Assembly (NCBI RefSeq): GCF_016743235.1
Contig: NZ_VRZD01000005.1
Coordinates: forward strand, 175,622 to 239,621
Direction: 5' to 3'
Length of the DNA stretch: 64,000 bases
DNA from: Pantanalinema sp. GBBB05
GTDB taxonomy: Bacteria; Cyanobacteriota; Cyanobacteriia; Leptolyngbyales; Leptolyngbyaceae
Every line of letters starts with the position of its first letter. Within the stretch, counting starts at the first letter, position 1. Below, piece by piece: positions 19,017 through 28,669 of this stretch. Both the position numbers and the translations under genes were made by a program. Below the pieces are notes generated by a model. The model saw only the letters and a program-made list of their open reading frames with translations. It did not search any database and was not told where the DNA came from.

Positions 19017-19787
19017 TTAAATCCCAATGCCGAGCATTTGAGGCAACAGTTCTTCGGCGCGCCCAAAATACTGCTCCTGAAACGCGGGGTTAGGCTGTTG
19101 CATCGGTTCTAGGTTCACGTAGACGGTCCTTGCTCCAGCATACTCCGCACTTCGCACATAGTTTGACGCCGGAGCTACCATACCCGAAGTTCCGACAGCA
19201 AGAAAAAGATCGCAGTCGCGCAGCGCACGTTTGACAGTCCAGCTTGGGAGTGCGGGCAACTCTTCGCCGAAGAGGACAATATCGGGGCGAAGTGCGCTAC
19301 CGCAAACAGGGCAAGTTGGAACAACGTCTTGGTGCAATTCCTCGTCGCGGAATGGGGTGAGTGTGCAGGAAAGGTTGCTGCACTTGGTGAACATAATGTT
19401 GCCGTGGATCTCGCAGACATTGCGGCTGCCGGCCATTTGGTGCAAGCCATCGATGTTCTGAGTGACAAGCAGAAACTCCTGGCTTGGAGAGATACTTGCT
19501 TCCCACTCAACTAACGCCCGGTGAGCAGCATTGGGTTGAGCTGCAAGGATAGGCTCGCGCATCGCACCAAATAGCCGCCAGGTGTCGGCTGGACGCTCCT
19601 GTAGGGTACGTACGTGCCCAAGTTGCTCAACGTCGTGCTCTTCCCACACACCGTTGGGTCCACGGTAGGGTCTCAAACCAGACGCCACGGATATTCCTGC
19701 GCCTGTGAGAACAACAACTCTGGAATACTGGGTGCGATCGATACGCATGATGACTCCTTGGGAGTGGAAAATCAGCCAAGAACACAA
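19017..19787 (-). CDS. cobB: NAD-dependent protein deacylase, Sir2 family (CobB-like)
   Basis: GAGISVASGLRPYRG NAD-binding motif, Zn-ribbon cysteines (CSNLSC...CPVCG), catalytic region QNIDGLH. The true start is probably ATG at 19748 (MRIDRTQYSRVVVLTGAGIS). Confidence 0.8.
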   Translation of the reverse strand: MCSWLIFHSQGVIMRIDRTQYSRVVVLTGAGISVASGLRPYRGPNGVWEEHDVEQLGHVRTLQERPADTWRLFGAMREPILAAQPNAAHRALVEWEASISPSQEFLLVTQNIDGLHQMAGSRNVCEIHGNIMFTKCSNLSCTLTPFRDEELHQDVVPTCPVCGSALRPDIVLFGEELPALPSWTVKRALRDCDLFLAVGTSGMVAPASNYVRSAEYAGARTVYVNLEPMQQPNPAFQEQYFGRAEELLPQMLGIGI

Positions 19788-19989
19788 GCGCTACAGGGTT
19801 AACTGAAACAGAGCTGCGAGCACCATTGCATTAGTTAAATCGGTTTGCAGCAAGCCTATCGCTGCTCGCTCCAAAACATTATTTATCTTGCCATTGTAGC
19901 TTGAGACTCCGAGAAAGTAATTCTCCCGAAGTCTCAAGCTGGCGATCGATGGCTGATGCCTCAGTCACCATGTCTTGAGCCAGCAATAA

Positions 19990-21993
19990 CTAGCCTGGGT
20001 TGGTGGGATTAAACGCAGACCAAGCTCTCCAAAAGTCTGGGTAGGTCATAGTTTGAGCACAATTCCAAATCAACTGATGACAGAGATCGGCGCGATCGGA
20101 CGGTGTCCAATCGGTTTCACATTCCAGACTATGGGAATTTTGTAGAGGTTCCTGACTACATTGAGCATCTCCGGTTGACCTCTTTGGTCGGAACACTAGG
20201 AGATGTTTGAGATGATAAACAATTGGCATTGCGAGTTCAACAAGAGCAGTTTGGTAGCATTCTGCCAACTCCTTAGACAACGACAAACTAATTGGCTTTG
20301 TTTGAAGAAGCGTAACCAAAGCGTTGAGTACAGTCTCATTAACACTACCCGATCGCAGCACCCTCAGGAAAGCTGAGTCGGAATCGGTTTTCTCCCACAC
20401 TTGAATCAGGGTTTCGATCGCTAACGGATGTTCGGGTATCAGTTTCACCAGACCAGCCGCCGCCGTTTGTCGCTCATATTCATTTTCACTAGTTTGGATA
20501 ATTTGCATCAGCTTTGGAGTCAGTGTTGTAATGATGCATGACTGGTGAAAACTCACTGGCTGGAAGTAGTCAATTATCGCTTCCAAGTTGTAAACCTGTT
20601 GGGTTGAGCGAACCAGATGCATCATGGCTGCGATTGTTCGATCATCTCTGGCATCCAGGTGAGTTAAACGGGCGATCGCTGCTGCGACATCGCTTTCTGG
20701 CTCAGCCGTTTCAATCAAGCGGACAAGAATCTCCCGTTCAACCTGATAATTTGGATCAATTGCCCTCAGCTGCATGAGTTCGCGTGACGGTCGAGGTTGA
20801 TATGCCGTTAGCAGGATCCGTCCCAACTGAAACAGAGCCGCGATCGCCATTGTGTGAGTTATATCAGTTCGCAGCAAGCCTACAGCGGCTCGTTCCACTA
20901 TTCCATTGATCCTGCCATTGGATCTTGAGACTTCGGGAAAGTAGGTCTCAAGCAGGCTTGTTAAGATAGCGATCGCCTGCTCATGCGCTGGGTCTAGCCA
21001 GATGATATTCATGGCTACAAAGCTTTGGGTTTCAGGCTCTTGCTGCTCGTGCAGCAGTTGAGTTAGAAACGGAACAACTTCTGGATGACCACTTGCCACG
21101 CTTCCCAGCACTCCCAGGCAACGGTGGATTAACCATTCTTCGTCTATCGATGGAATGAGTTGCTGCAAAGCTTCGATCACGTCCAGGTTGCCTTTTGCAA
21201 TGACCTCCAGGGTTTGAATGATTTCAAACATCAATACATTTTGCGTTCGCTGCTCGCTTAATTGCTGGAGAAGGATAGCGATCGCCAGTGGATTGCCAAC
21301 AGCTACCGTTCTCAAGTACAAGAATGCTGAGCTGAGTGTTCTTTGCTGGTCATATTTCCGGCAATCAACGGGAGTTTGAATCACCTTTAGCAAGGCTGGA
21401 ACAATCGCTGGGTGACCAGGTGCAACTCGGCTCAGGCATTCTGTGACATCTAGTAATTGCCGGGGGGATTGAACCCTCTGGATCAGGCATTCGAGCGCCG
21501 CGATCGCGCAATGGTTTCCCGGATCAAGCTGGCACAATTGTTCCGCTGCAACTCGCAGGATCAGGCGACTATCAGTAGTGCGCAGTAACCGCTCGAACTG
21601 AGCAATGACTCGATTACGATCGGTGTATTCCAAGGCTTTTCTGGCGGCTTTGCTTAATGCGGTTGGATACATTTTCCAATCCCGCTTGTCTTGCCGAAAA
21701 TAGGCATAACTCCAGAGCAACAGTTGACGGACGATCGCGTCTGCTTGAACGGACTCTTTAAAGTGAGTAATGGCAGCGGCGGCTAGAAAGTAAGCACGGT
21801 ATCGAAAGAAATCACCACAGGCATCTTCAAAATGCGTCAAGGCATAGAGCAGCGCTTCTTTCTGAGTAGGACTGACATCTTTAGAAGCAAACCATTCCAG
21901 AATTTTAGGCTTCCATTCAGGTTCAAAGATGTGGTAAACGCTGTTGTTTAGATTGCGGGGAATGTGACGAAAGAAACGATTCCAATCATGCAT
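19990..21993 (-). CDS. HEAT-repeat (PBS-lyase HEAT-like repeat) protein
   Basis: 667 aa with recurrent GHPxxVPxLxxLL helical repeats (e.g. ASGHPEVVPFLTQLL, APGHPAIVPALLKVI, AVGNPLAIAILLQQL). Confidence 0.6.
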   Translation of the reverse strand: MHDWNRFFRHIPRNLNNSVYHIFEPEWKPKILEWFASKDVSPTQKEALLYALTHFEDACGDFFRYRAYFLAAAAITHFKESVQADAIVRQLLLWSYAYFRQDKRDWKMYPTALSKAARKALEYTDRNRVIAQFERLLRTTDSRLILRVAAEQLCQLDPGNHCAIAALECLIQRVQSPRQLLDVTECLSRVAPGHPAIVPALLKVIQTPVDCRKYDQQRTLSSAFLYLRTVAVGNPLAIAILLQQLSEQRTQNVLMFEIIQTLEVIAKGNLDVIEALQQLIPSIDEEWLIHRCLGVLGSVASGHPEVVPFLTQLLHEQQEPETQSFVAMNIIWLDPAHEQAIAILTSLLETYFPEVSRSNGRINGIVERAAVGLLRTDITHTMAIAALFQLGRILLTAYQPRPSRELMQLRAIDPNYQVEREILVRLIETAEPESDVAAAIARLTHLDARDDRTIAAMMHLVRSTQQVYNLEAIIDYFQPVSFHQSCIITTLTPKLMQIIQTSENEYERQTAAAGLVKLIPEHPLAIETLIQVWEKTDSDSAFLRVLRSGSVNETVLNALVTLLQTKPISLSLSKELAECYQTALVELAMPIVYHLKHLLVFRPKRSTGDAQCSQEPLQNSHSLECETDWTPSDRADLCHQLIWNCAQTMTYPDFWRAWSAFNPTNPG

Positions 21994-22050
21994 TGCCTCC
22001 TTTCCACTACGACGGTGGATGATAAAGGGCTTGCTCTATGTCCAAGATGA

Positions 22051-22233
22051 CTACTCTTTCAGTTTCGCTTGCAGTTCAGACTTAGCAAACTCAGCAAGTC
22101 TCTGTTTATCAGTGTCCGGTTCTATCATGTCCTCCATCATCGAATAGATGTCTGAGAGGGAATAGAATCCAGACCAAACCCATGTCCGGATCGCATTTGC
22201 TATATACTCTTCGCCTCGATTCATCTCTCCCAT
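22051..22233 (-). CDS. Small hypothetical acidic protein
   Basis: 60-aa ORF preceded by the same roughly 49-nt leader element found upstream of 18210-18431. Confidence 0.3.
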   Translation of the reverse strand: MGEMNRGEEYIANAIRTWVWSGFYSLSDIYSMMEDMIEPDTDKQRLAEFAKSELQAKLKE

Positions 22234-22326
22234 TGCTTGTCACATATAACTCTTACCTAGATTGATCTTAGCCTCTCTAATCTGGTAGCCACCCGAACGG
22301 TTGATTATACAAAGTTAGTTGTCACA

Positions 22327-22926
22327 CTAATTTATGCGGCTAAACATTGTTCTCATCTTGAAGTGGTCATAACGGAGTGGTTTCCAGTTTTGCTCCTCAG
22401 CAGTCCATTCCCAAGATGGAAAATGCCCTATTGGGGCTGTTATGTCAAAAATCATCTTTGCTGGTGGGATAAGATAATCCCGTCGGTCTCGCCAACCTAC
22501 CTGCTGAGTAAACTCTCTGTACTGTTCGATCAAAGCATCAACTTCATAGGGAGTCTTTGGTTTAGGTAAAGATTGCCAAATTTTCTGCTGAATGCCCCAT
22601 CCAAACTTACCTTGACTATACTCACCCCAAAGGTTGTCGATCAGTTTTATATCTTTGCAGTCAATCCTTGCTAAGTCATCTAAGTTATAGAGTTTTGATT
22701 CTGGCACAATTCGCCCAATAGTTCGCTGAAAAAAGTTCTTCTTTGTCGCTAACACAATAACTATTGCTCGTGTTTTCTCATCAGCACTTTTCCAATCTTT
22801 AGCTTTAAGAACCTTCTCCAAACCCTGAAAATCAGCTTCTTCAGGAGGCAGATTCCACAAGGCGATGAGACTGATAAAGACAACAGATGGAACAAACCAC
22901 ATCCAAACTAACCGCTTATTCCACAT
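22327..22926 (-). CDS. GUN4 domain-containing protein with N-terminal transmembrane anchor
   Basis: GUN4-type core LARIDCKDIKLIDNLWGEYSQGKFGWGIQQKIW; N-terminal hydrophobic helix LVWMWFVPSVVFISLIALWNL. Confidence 0.65.
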   Translation of the reverse strand: MWNKRLVWMWFVPSVVFISLIALWNLPPEEADFQGLEKVLKAKDWKSADEKTRAIVIVLATKKNFFQRTIGRIVPESKLYNLDDLARIDCKDIKLIDNLWGEYSQGKFGWGIQQKIWQSLPKPKTPYEVDALIEQYREFTQQVGWRDRRDYLIPPAKMIFDITAPIGHFPSWEWTAEEQNWKPLRYDHFKMRTMFSRIN

Positions 22927-23094
22927 ACAAAATGTACTATCACTACCGGAAGATTAAGCAGCCAACTATCGCGTTCGGCAGATGCAAGCAGTATAAACGT
23001 AGCACCAAGAACTTTACTCATTCTGTTGCAACGTGCTTGTTAGATCGATAAATGCCAGCTTTTATAGAACATCACTACTGCACCATTGCTATTC

Positions 23095-23715
23095 TTACCG
23101 ATCGAGAGAAAATGCCCATACCATAAAACAAACAGAAACTACTAATCCTGCTACAACCAGCAATCGACCTTTGGGCGATCGGGCTGAGTTCCGCACACTC
23201 AATACCAGGCTGATCGATAAGGGCATCAACACACCAAGCTCAATTAGGAGGTTTCGGTAGAGAAAGTAATTACTCAACTGGATGCGTCCGGCACTCGGTA
23301 GCAATCCAAACGGTAGCTTAAACACCTGAAGGCTAAATGGATAGAGCAATGGCAGGGGAAACACGCCGGTCAGCAGATCGAGCAGCAGATGGGACAGACC
23401 GACCAAAACGACCTGCAAGCTTTGTAGTTTATAGCTGCTTCCACGTTTACCCAGTAACCACAGCCCTAGCATCGTGCAACCAGGGAGTAAGAGTACCCCT
23501 AGCAAGGAATGTGTGATTCTCAGGATTTGATTAGCGGGTTGCAGTCTCAATCCGGGAATGAGGTAATCAATATCCGGGATGGAGGCAATCACTAGCAGCC
23601 AAAGGAGCCATTTCCAATCAAGCGGGTGACTCTGCTGGGAATGCTCAGATTGGAACGGCTGAGTTGCGGCATAGGTTGTCAACCCTGCCAAAGTATGACC
23701 AATAAACGATGACAT
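23095..23715 (-). CDS. Membrane-bound metal-dependent hydrolase-like protein (YdjM/DUF457-like)
   Basis: Starts MSSFIGHTLAGL..., has multiple TM helices and a DIDYL motif. Family assignment is by resemblance only. Confidence 0.45.
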   Translation of the reverse strand: MSSFIGHTLAGLTTYAATQPFQSEHSQQSHPLDWKWLLWLLVIASIPDIDYLIPGLRLQPANQILRITHSLLGVLLLPGCTMLGLWLLGKRGSSYKLQSLQVVLVGLSHLLLDLLTGVFPLPLLYPFSLQVFKLPFGLLPSAGRIQLSNYFLYRNLLIELGVLMPLSISLVLSVRNSARSPKGRLLVVAGLVVSVCFMVWAFSLDR

Positions 23716-23929
23716 TTAAGCTCTTCCTGCGTCAGACTTCCACCTACAACTTCATCCAATGACATTACATCAACCCACCTCAACCGTACTCACACGTAGG
23801 TTAAAGCTATCACAATACCATCAACTGCCGCAGACAACTCTCGGACTCACTTTCTATATTTGACGGCATATACAGCCTTTTTCAGGCAAGTGAGGTGCGA
23901 GGTAGAGTAGTGAAAATGTCATTAACAAA

Positions 23930-24316
23930 TTGCCTATCATGAAGGCTTACTCGCCCGACCTGCGTCAGAAAATTGTAGACCGCTATGGGGAGGGCAACAT
24001 CTCCCAACGCGAACTCGCCCGCCAGTTTCGAGTCGCAGCCAGTTTTGTCCAAACGCTGCTCAAACGGTATCGAGAGACTGGAAAGGTTGGGGCAAAAGTT
24101 CGTACCCAACAAACGCCCACGAAGCTGAATGCCGAGCAGTTGAGCGTCCTCGAACAATTAGTCGAGGTCCAAAACGATGCCACCCTCAAGGAACTGCGGG
24201 ACCGCCTAGAGGAAAAGACGGGGGTGAGCGTCAGTTGCACGACGATCCATCGGATGCTCGTCAAGTTGAACATGAGCGTCAAAAAAAACGTTTCACGCCA
24301 GCGAAAAGGACACTGA
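23930..24316 (+). CDS. IS630-family transposase, N-terminal HTH part (orfA)
   Basis: Paired HTH motifs typical of IS630 (...SQRELARQFRVAASFVQTLLKRY...; ...LKELRDRLEEKTGVSVSCTTIHRML). The ORF ends shortly after an A8 run at 24282-24289. Confidence 0.8.
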   Translation: MPIMKAYSPDLRQKIVDRYGEGNISQRELARQFRVAASFVQTLLKRYRETGKVGAKVRTQQTPTKLNAEQLSVLEQLVEVQNDATLKELRDRLEEKTGVSVSCTTIHRMLVKLNMSVKKNVSRQRKGH

Positions 24317-24320
24317 ACGA

Positions 24321-24884
24321 GTGCAACAGCAGCGGGTCGAGTTTTGGCAATTGGTGCAGGGGATTTTAGCCAAGGACTTAATCTTCATCGACGAGGCAGG
24401 GGTAAATTTGGCAATGGTGCGCTTGATGGCACGATCCCCCAAAGGACAACGGGCACACGGGAAACGTCCGCACAAACGGGGTAAAAACGTCTCCATGATT
24501 GGGGCAATCGGACTTGAAGGGGTGATTGCTCAATTGCCTCTGCTTGGTGCAATCGATGGGCTACTGTTTGAAGCCTTCATCGCCCAAAAGCTGGTGCCGA
24601 AGTTGTGGAAGGGCGCTTGTGTCATTCTGGATAACTGCTCAATTCACAAGGGAGACACCGTGATTGAATTAATTCAAAAAGCAGGCGCAACGGTCATTTT
24701 CCTACCGCCTTATTCCCCGGAATTCTCCCCCATTGAAAACTGTTGGTCAAAAATCAAAAATTTGTTGCGTTCTTTGAGTGCGAGAACTTATCCAGAGTTA
24801 GTCAAAGCGATTGAGCAAGCGTTTGCTCAAGTCTCACCTAATGATCTGCAAGGTTGGTTCACGCATTGCTGTTACTGTACCTGA
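24321..24884 (+). CDS. IS630-family transposase, C-terminal DDE catalytic part (orfB), in the +1 frame relative to orfA
   Basis: DDE-region motifs IFIDEAGVNLAMVR, ...ILDNCSIHKG..., ...FLPPYSPEFSPIENCW.... Frame 0 versus frame 2 for orfA. Confidence 0.8.
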   Translation: MQQQRVEFWQLVQGILAKDLIFIDEAGVNLAMVRLMARSPKGQRAHGKRPHKRGKNVSMIGAIGLEGVIAQLPLLGAIDGLLFEAFIAQKLVPKLWKGACVILDNCSIHKGDTVIELIQKAGATVIFLPPYSPEFSPIENCWSKIKNLLRSLSARTYPELVKAIEQAFAQVSPNDLQGWFTHCCYCT

Positions 24885-25504
24885 TTAGATCGAAAAAGGC
24901 TGTATGCTGAGCTTGGCAACCATGCATCTTGACTGATAAACAAGCTATTTAGAAATACCTTTGGATTCTTAATGGCATCCTCTGATACGGATTGAAGGGT
25001 GCTACGAAATAGGAATTGATAGCCTTTATCATCAGTTGTATTGATATCCCAAGGTATGCCATAATCAGTTTCCTCTGGGAGGCTCTCTGCTGCTCCATAA
25101 TGAAATTCGATCCAGTCTGGTCGATAGTCAATTCCAAAAGAGTATGTCTCAACCACTTCGCCATTTATAAAAAGTCTATAAACTTGCCACGCAGACACCT
25201 TTTCATATTCAAAGTATATGCAATTTGTATTTAAGCTTGTGGAAATAGCTTGGGGCATTTCCTGCTTGCAAACCTCGTACTCAAAAAGTGTCCATGAATG
25301 ATTTACATATTGCCAAAGCAGAATCTGGTTACTATTAATATTTTCATAATTTCTATATATGTCTTCTGTTAGCGGCTTCTGTAGCAATGTTGACAAGGTA
25401 TTACGAACATTAGTGATCTCAGCTTTTACTAATATAAAAGCACAAGAAGCGGGATGATAATCAAGCTCAAAGCCGCGTTTGTGACTGATAGAAGATACTT
25501 CCAT
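24872..25504 (-). CDS. Hypothetical protein (low-GC)
   Basis: 210-aa ORF, AT-rich codon usage distinct from its neighbours, no recognisable motif. Confidence 0.45.
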   Translation of the reverse strand: MEVSSISHKRGFELDYHPASCAFILVKAEITNVRNTLSTLLQKPLTEDIYRNYENINSNQILLWQYVNHSWTLFEYEVCKQEMPQAISTSLNTNCIYFEYEKVSAWQVYRLFINGEVVETYSFGIDYRPDWIEFHYGAAESLPEETDYGIPWDINTTDDKGYQFLFRSTLQSVSEDAIKNPKVFLNSLFISQDAWLPSSAYSLFRSNQVQ

Positions 25505-25701
25505 AGCTCAACTATTTCAGATCAATAGGATTAAGTTACTGCCATCTATCGTCCCTGTTTATCTGCCGCAGGCACTTTTCCAGATATTGCCTCCTGACCT
25601 TACTACTATAATTCGCTGTACGTTGCCCAAATTACTGGTGCAGTATAACGGTTGCGGTTAGCGATCGCAAATAGCCTCCAACTTAGCATCAGCGTTTGCC
25701 T

Positions 25702-26154
25702 TCAATCCGTTGTACCACAGTTGCTAGAACTCGCACCAATACATTCTCCATCTCCAGAATCATTGTGCCAATGAATCCAAGGGGCAGGCTGATGATGAAC
25801 GACAAAATACTCTAGAACCGCCAAAATTTCTGAGACAGAGATAGCCCAAGCCATAGGAAATTCATCTCTCTGTCCATTGCAAAGGTAATACTCTTGCACG
25901 GTATCTTCAGACCCGCTATATGCTGGATTGCGACTGGAAAACCCAACATCACCGTTATAGCGTAGATAGAATAGACAACCCGTATTGCCATTTAATAAGG
26001 CACTCATGTATTGGCTATCTTGATCGCTCTCATCATCATTGCTCTCATCGTCCCAAAATCCTGGAATTTCTTCCTCGGCTAAGTTGATATCCAAATAGCG
26101 AGGTCTATCCAAACCAAATATTGCTCGCAGTTCTTCAACAGTAAACCAACTCAT
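25702..26154 (-). CDS. Hypothetical acidic protein
   Basis: 150-aa ORF; no motif recognised. Confidence 0.45.
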   Translation of the reverse strand: MSWFTVEELRAIFGLDRPRYLDINLAEEEIPGFWDDESNDDESDQDSQYMSALLNGNTGCLFYLRYNGDVGFSSRNPAYSGSEDTVQEYYLCNGQRDEFPMAWAISVSEILAVLEYFVVHHQPAPWIHWHNDSGDGECIGASSSNCGTTD

Positions 26155-26285
26155 AAATTCAGCTCAGGTTCTCCTAAACTAAAATGTCATCAACTGTCTA
26201 TTCCCGACTACTTATTACTCTAACGGTTCTACTCACCGGACATAGATAAGTTTTGTCCCTTACTCACAGATAAACTTGATGCCGG

Positions 26286-27047
26286 TTAGCCCAGTGTGCT
26301 GATGGGTTCAGAAGCCTCGTAAATGACATCCGATCGCATCGCATATTTTACCCCCCGCCGGACGAGACAGCCCTCATGACGGATTTTGTGCTGAAAGATC
26401 ACGGCGGCTCCACACTTTGGGATGATAGTCTGCTCAATCTGCTCCTGGAATCGGGTCTCTCCACCGTCAAAGTCGTCGTTGAAGTAAACAAGGACGGTGT
26501 ATAAAGTAACTCGGTTTTCACTCGGACGATACCAATGATCCATATGTGGCGCAAACCGCTGACCAAAACGATAGCGATACAATCTGAGGCGATCGTTGAG
26601 ACCGACTAACCTCAGCCTGTCAATCTGCTCTGGCAGATGAGGACGCAGACGACAGAATAATTCTGCGGCAATAACTGGATCGTCCTTGATCACGCGATCT
26701 TGATCTCGGTAAAGTGGATTATTTGTGGCGAGGGTCGGGGATGACTGCTCAATCAAATCGATAAAGTCGCGGCACTCTACCTCTGTGTAAACGTTGTCCA
26801 CCGACCAAAGTAATGGCTCCGTTTCAAAGCGCATGGGGATTTTAATCGGCATACCAGTATGAGAGTTCCTTTGAAAAAGGTGGGCTACCCCCCGTTCATC
26901 CACCGTAGACATCCTTTCAGATTTACCGATCGCCCTAATTCGGACGGTACGCAACGGGCTTGTTAGGCTATGTCTGATTAAACCCTTAGTCTTTCCACCC
27001 CTGCAACCACCATTTCCAAGTTTCAATACTCTGCTGCTGTTGCTCAC
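26286..27047 (-). CDS. 2OG-Fe(II) oxygenase, prolyl-4-hydroxylase-like
   Basis: HxD...H facial triad candidates (FAPHMDHW ... IRHEG) and the Arg-containing C-terminal strand RRGVKYAMRSD. Confidence 0.7.
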   Translation of the reverse strand: MSNSSRVLKLGNGGCRGGKTKGLIRHSLTSPLRTVRIRAIGKSERMSTVDERGVAHLFQRNSHTGMPIKIPMRFETEPLLWSVDNVYTEVECRDFIDLIEQSSPTLATNNPLYRDQDRVIKDDPVIAAELFCRLRPHLPEQIDRLRLVGLNDRLRLYRYRFGQRFAPHMDHWYRPSENRVTLYTVLVYFNDDFDGGETRFQEQIEQTIIPKCGAAVIFQHKIRHEGCLVRRGVKYAMRSDVIYEASEPISTLG

Positions 27048-27420
27048 AAGCCACTTCTGTTTTCAGCTTTTCAAGGATTTCCAGAACGACTGGCTTGCCG
27101 TACTGCCGAGCAAAGTAGCAAGGAACCTCCTCAATGCTCAGGTTATAACACTTCAATAAATTTCGAATTGCCTGAGTTGGTTTAAGGGGGCAAGTTGGCT
27201 GAAGTGCAAGGAGCAATCTTCCAGCAAATTCTTGGTCGGCAAACCTGGTTGCCGGTCGATCTGCATTAGTCAAAATGGTATAGAGAATCTCGAAAACTTC
27301 TGCACTGTCTAGCTTTTGCAGTACTGACTCAACTTGACTGTACTGTTGTAAGTTGAACCGTCCATAGTGATCAACTGACCAATATATTTTCTGAATCACC
27401 CGCGCTTTGTTCCAAACCAT
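26986..27420 (-). CDS. Hypothetical protein
   Basis: 144-aa ORF overlapping the start region of the oxygenase gene; no motif recognised. Confidence 0.4.
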   Translation of the reverse strand: MVWNKARVIQKIYWSVDHYGRFNLQQYSQVESVLQKLDSAEVFEILYTILTNADRPATRFADQEFAGRLLLALQPTCPLKPTQAIRNLLKCYNLSIEEVPCYFARQYGKPVVLEILEKLKTEVACEQQQQSIETWKWWLQGWKD

Positions 27421-27479
27421 CGCGATGAAACCTGATACGCCTGATTTTATTTTCCCTGCCCCACGCTGTCATGATTCAT

Positions 27480-28415
27480 CTAAACCCCCTGTAAAAATTG
27501 ATCAACGCGTTGCTGCCAGTGTTCTTGATCAACCGTAACGAGCAAACTATGACCCGTGTTAGGGAAAATGGCTAGTTCTTTAGAACCTGGTAAATTTTGA
27601 AAGATTTGGTTGATCTCCGCTACAGTAGTCCACTGGTCACGTTTGCCATGCAATAACAAAGCAGGACATTGAACTTGCTTAGCATAGGTGACTGGATTAT
27701 GCATAAATCCATTGAATCTATGCTGAATACCTCCCCAAAAGACAAGCATTTCAGCGATCGGAAACGTTGGCAGCCTAATTGCCCTTAATCGACTTCTAAC
27801 GGCATCTAAAAGTCTTGCAAAGGGAAGTTCAAGAATCACGGCATCGGGGTTAACTTTTTCATGGGCTACTGCTTTGAGAATCGCTGCACTTCCCATTGAC
27901 ACACCATAGAGAATCAATGGACGCTGAAAACTCGAACGTTGAGCATAGTTCATTGTCAGAGCAACGTCTTTAGCTTCCCGTACACCTAGAGTTGTCGTAT
28001 TACCGCTGGAGCCTCCTACACCTCGGAAATCAATCAGCAAGGCGTCGTAGCCCAAACGATGAAACACTGCGGTTGGGGCTAGAAGCTGTTTAGCTTTACT
28101 ACCTCCATTACCAGGAAATAGCAAGACAGTACCACTAGATACGGAACGCTGAGCAGGAATGAACCAGGTCTCTAGCCATTCGTTTTGATTAATGGAGATC
28201 CGTTGGGTGACATATTCAAGCCCAACATCACTGGGACGCCTGGAATTGGTAGGTCTAGGAAGCCCTAGCCCTATATGACCAGGGGCACTAAAGTGTGTTA
28301 GGGCATAAGCACCAGCGTAGGACAAAGCATTAAGAGCCAAAAAAACAACCAATATAATCTGGAAAAATCGCTTTCTGCGTTTTCTTCCCAGTTTGAAAAA
28401 CTTCAATAGCTGCAT
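27480..28415 (-). CDS. Alpha/beta-hydrolase with N-terminal membrane anchor
   Basis: GxSxG elbow GVSMGSA; N-terminal hydrophobic helix after a Lys/Arg-rich start. Confidence 0.7.
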   Translation of the reverse strand: MQLLKFFKLGRKRRKRFFQIILVVFLALNALSYAGAYALTHFSAPGHIGLGLPRPTNSRRPSDVGLEYVTQRISINQNEWLETWFIPAQRSVSSGTVLLFPGNGGSKAKQLLAPTAVFHRLGYDALLIDFRGVGGSSGNTTTLGVREAKDVALTMNYAQRSSFQRPLILYGVSMGSAAILKAVAHEKVNPDAVILELPFARLLDAVRSRLRAIRLPTFPIAEMLVFWGGIQHRFNGFMHNPVTYAKQVQCPALLLHGKRDQWTTVAEINQIFQNLPGSKELAIFPNTGHSLLVTVDQEHWQQRVDQFLQGV

Positions 28416-28669
28416 TCACACGACTCCTACTGCCCTAGTCAAACTACTAGTACGAGCTTAAACACAACTGCCCCACCTCCACCCTAGCAATAACGCTTAA
28501 CTAGCGATATGAACTGCCCCCAATATTCTTTAACAGGGAATTTTAGAACTGCTATCTCCTACCAAGAATTTGCGGTATATCGATCGCAGTCAGCAGTCAC
28601 CAAAACCATCGTCATGCACTAAGAGTTTGAGTCAAGCTGCTCCAACCCAGTTGTCAGACGGCTAGCGAA

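Larger units (their letters stand above)
23871..24904 (+). mobile_element. IS630/Tc1-mariner-family insertion sequence (about 1.03 kb) with terminal inverted repeats and TA at both junctions
   Basis: Inverted termini TACAGCCTTTTTC (23871-23883) and GAAAAAGGCTGTA (24892-24904). TA dinucleotide flanks. Internal two-part transposase with HTH and DDE segments. Confidence 0.8.

Noticed and set aside
18649-19066. Minus-strand ORFs (80, 66 and 127 aa) running through the tandem repeat
   Set aside because: They are open only because the 21-bp repeat lacks stops in several frames. They give low-complexity translations (FVTSGAPFVT..., LLRELRLL..., YFGSSICYFGSS...) and have no independent support.
19017-19787. 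Sir2-domain anti-phage defence protein (ThsA/DSR-like)
   Set aside because: It is compact (about 245 aa), has the Zn-ribbon cysteines and canonical GAGIS/QNIDGLH deacylase motifs, and has no fused effector or partner (HerA/TIR/SLOG). It fits a housekeeping CobB-type sirtuin.
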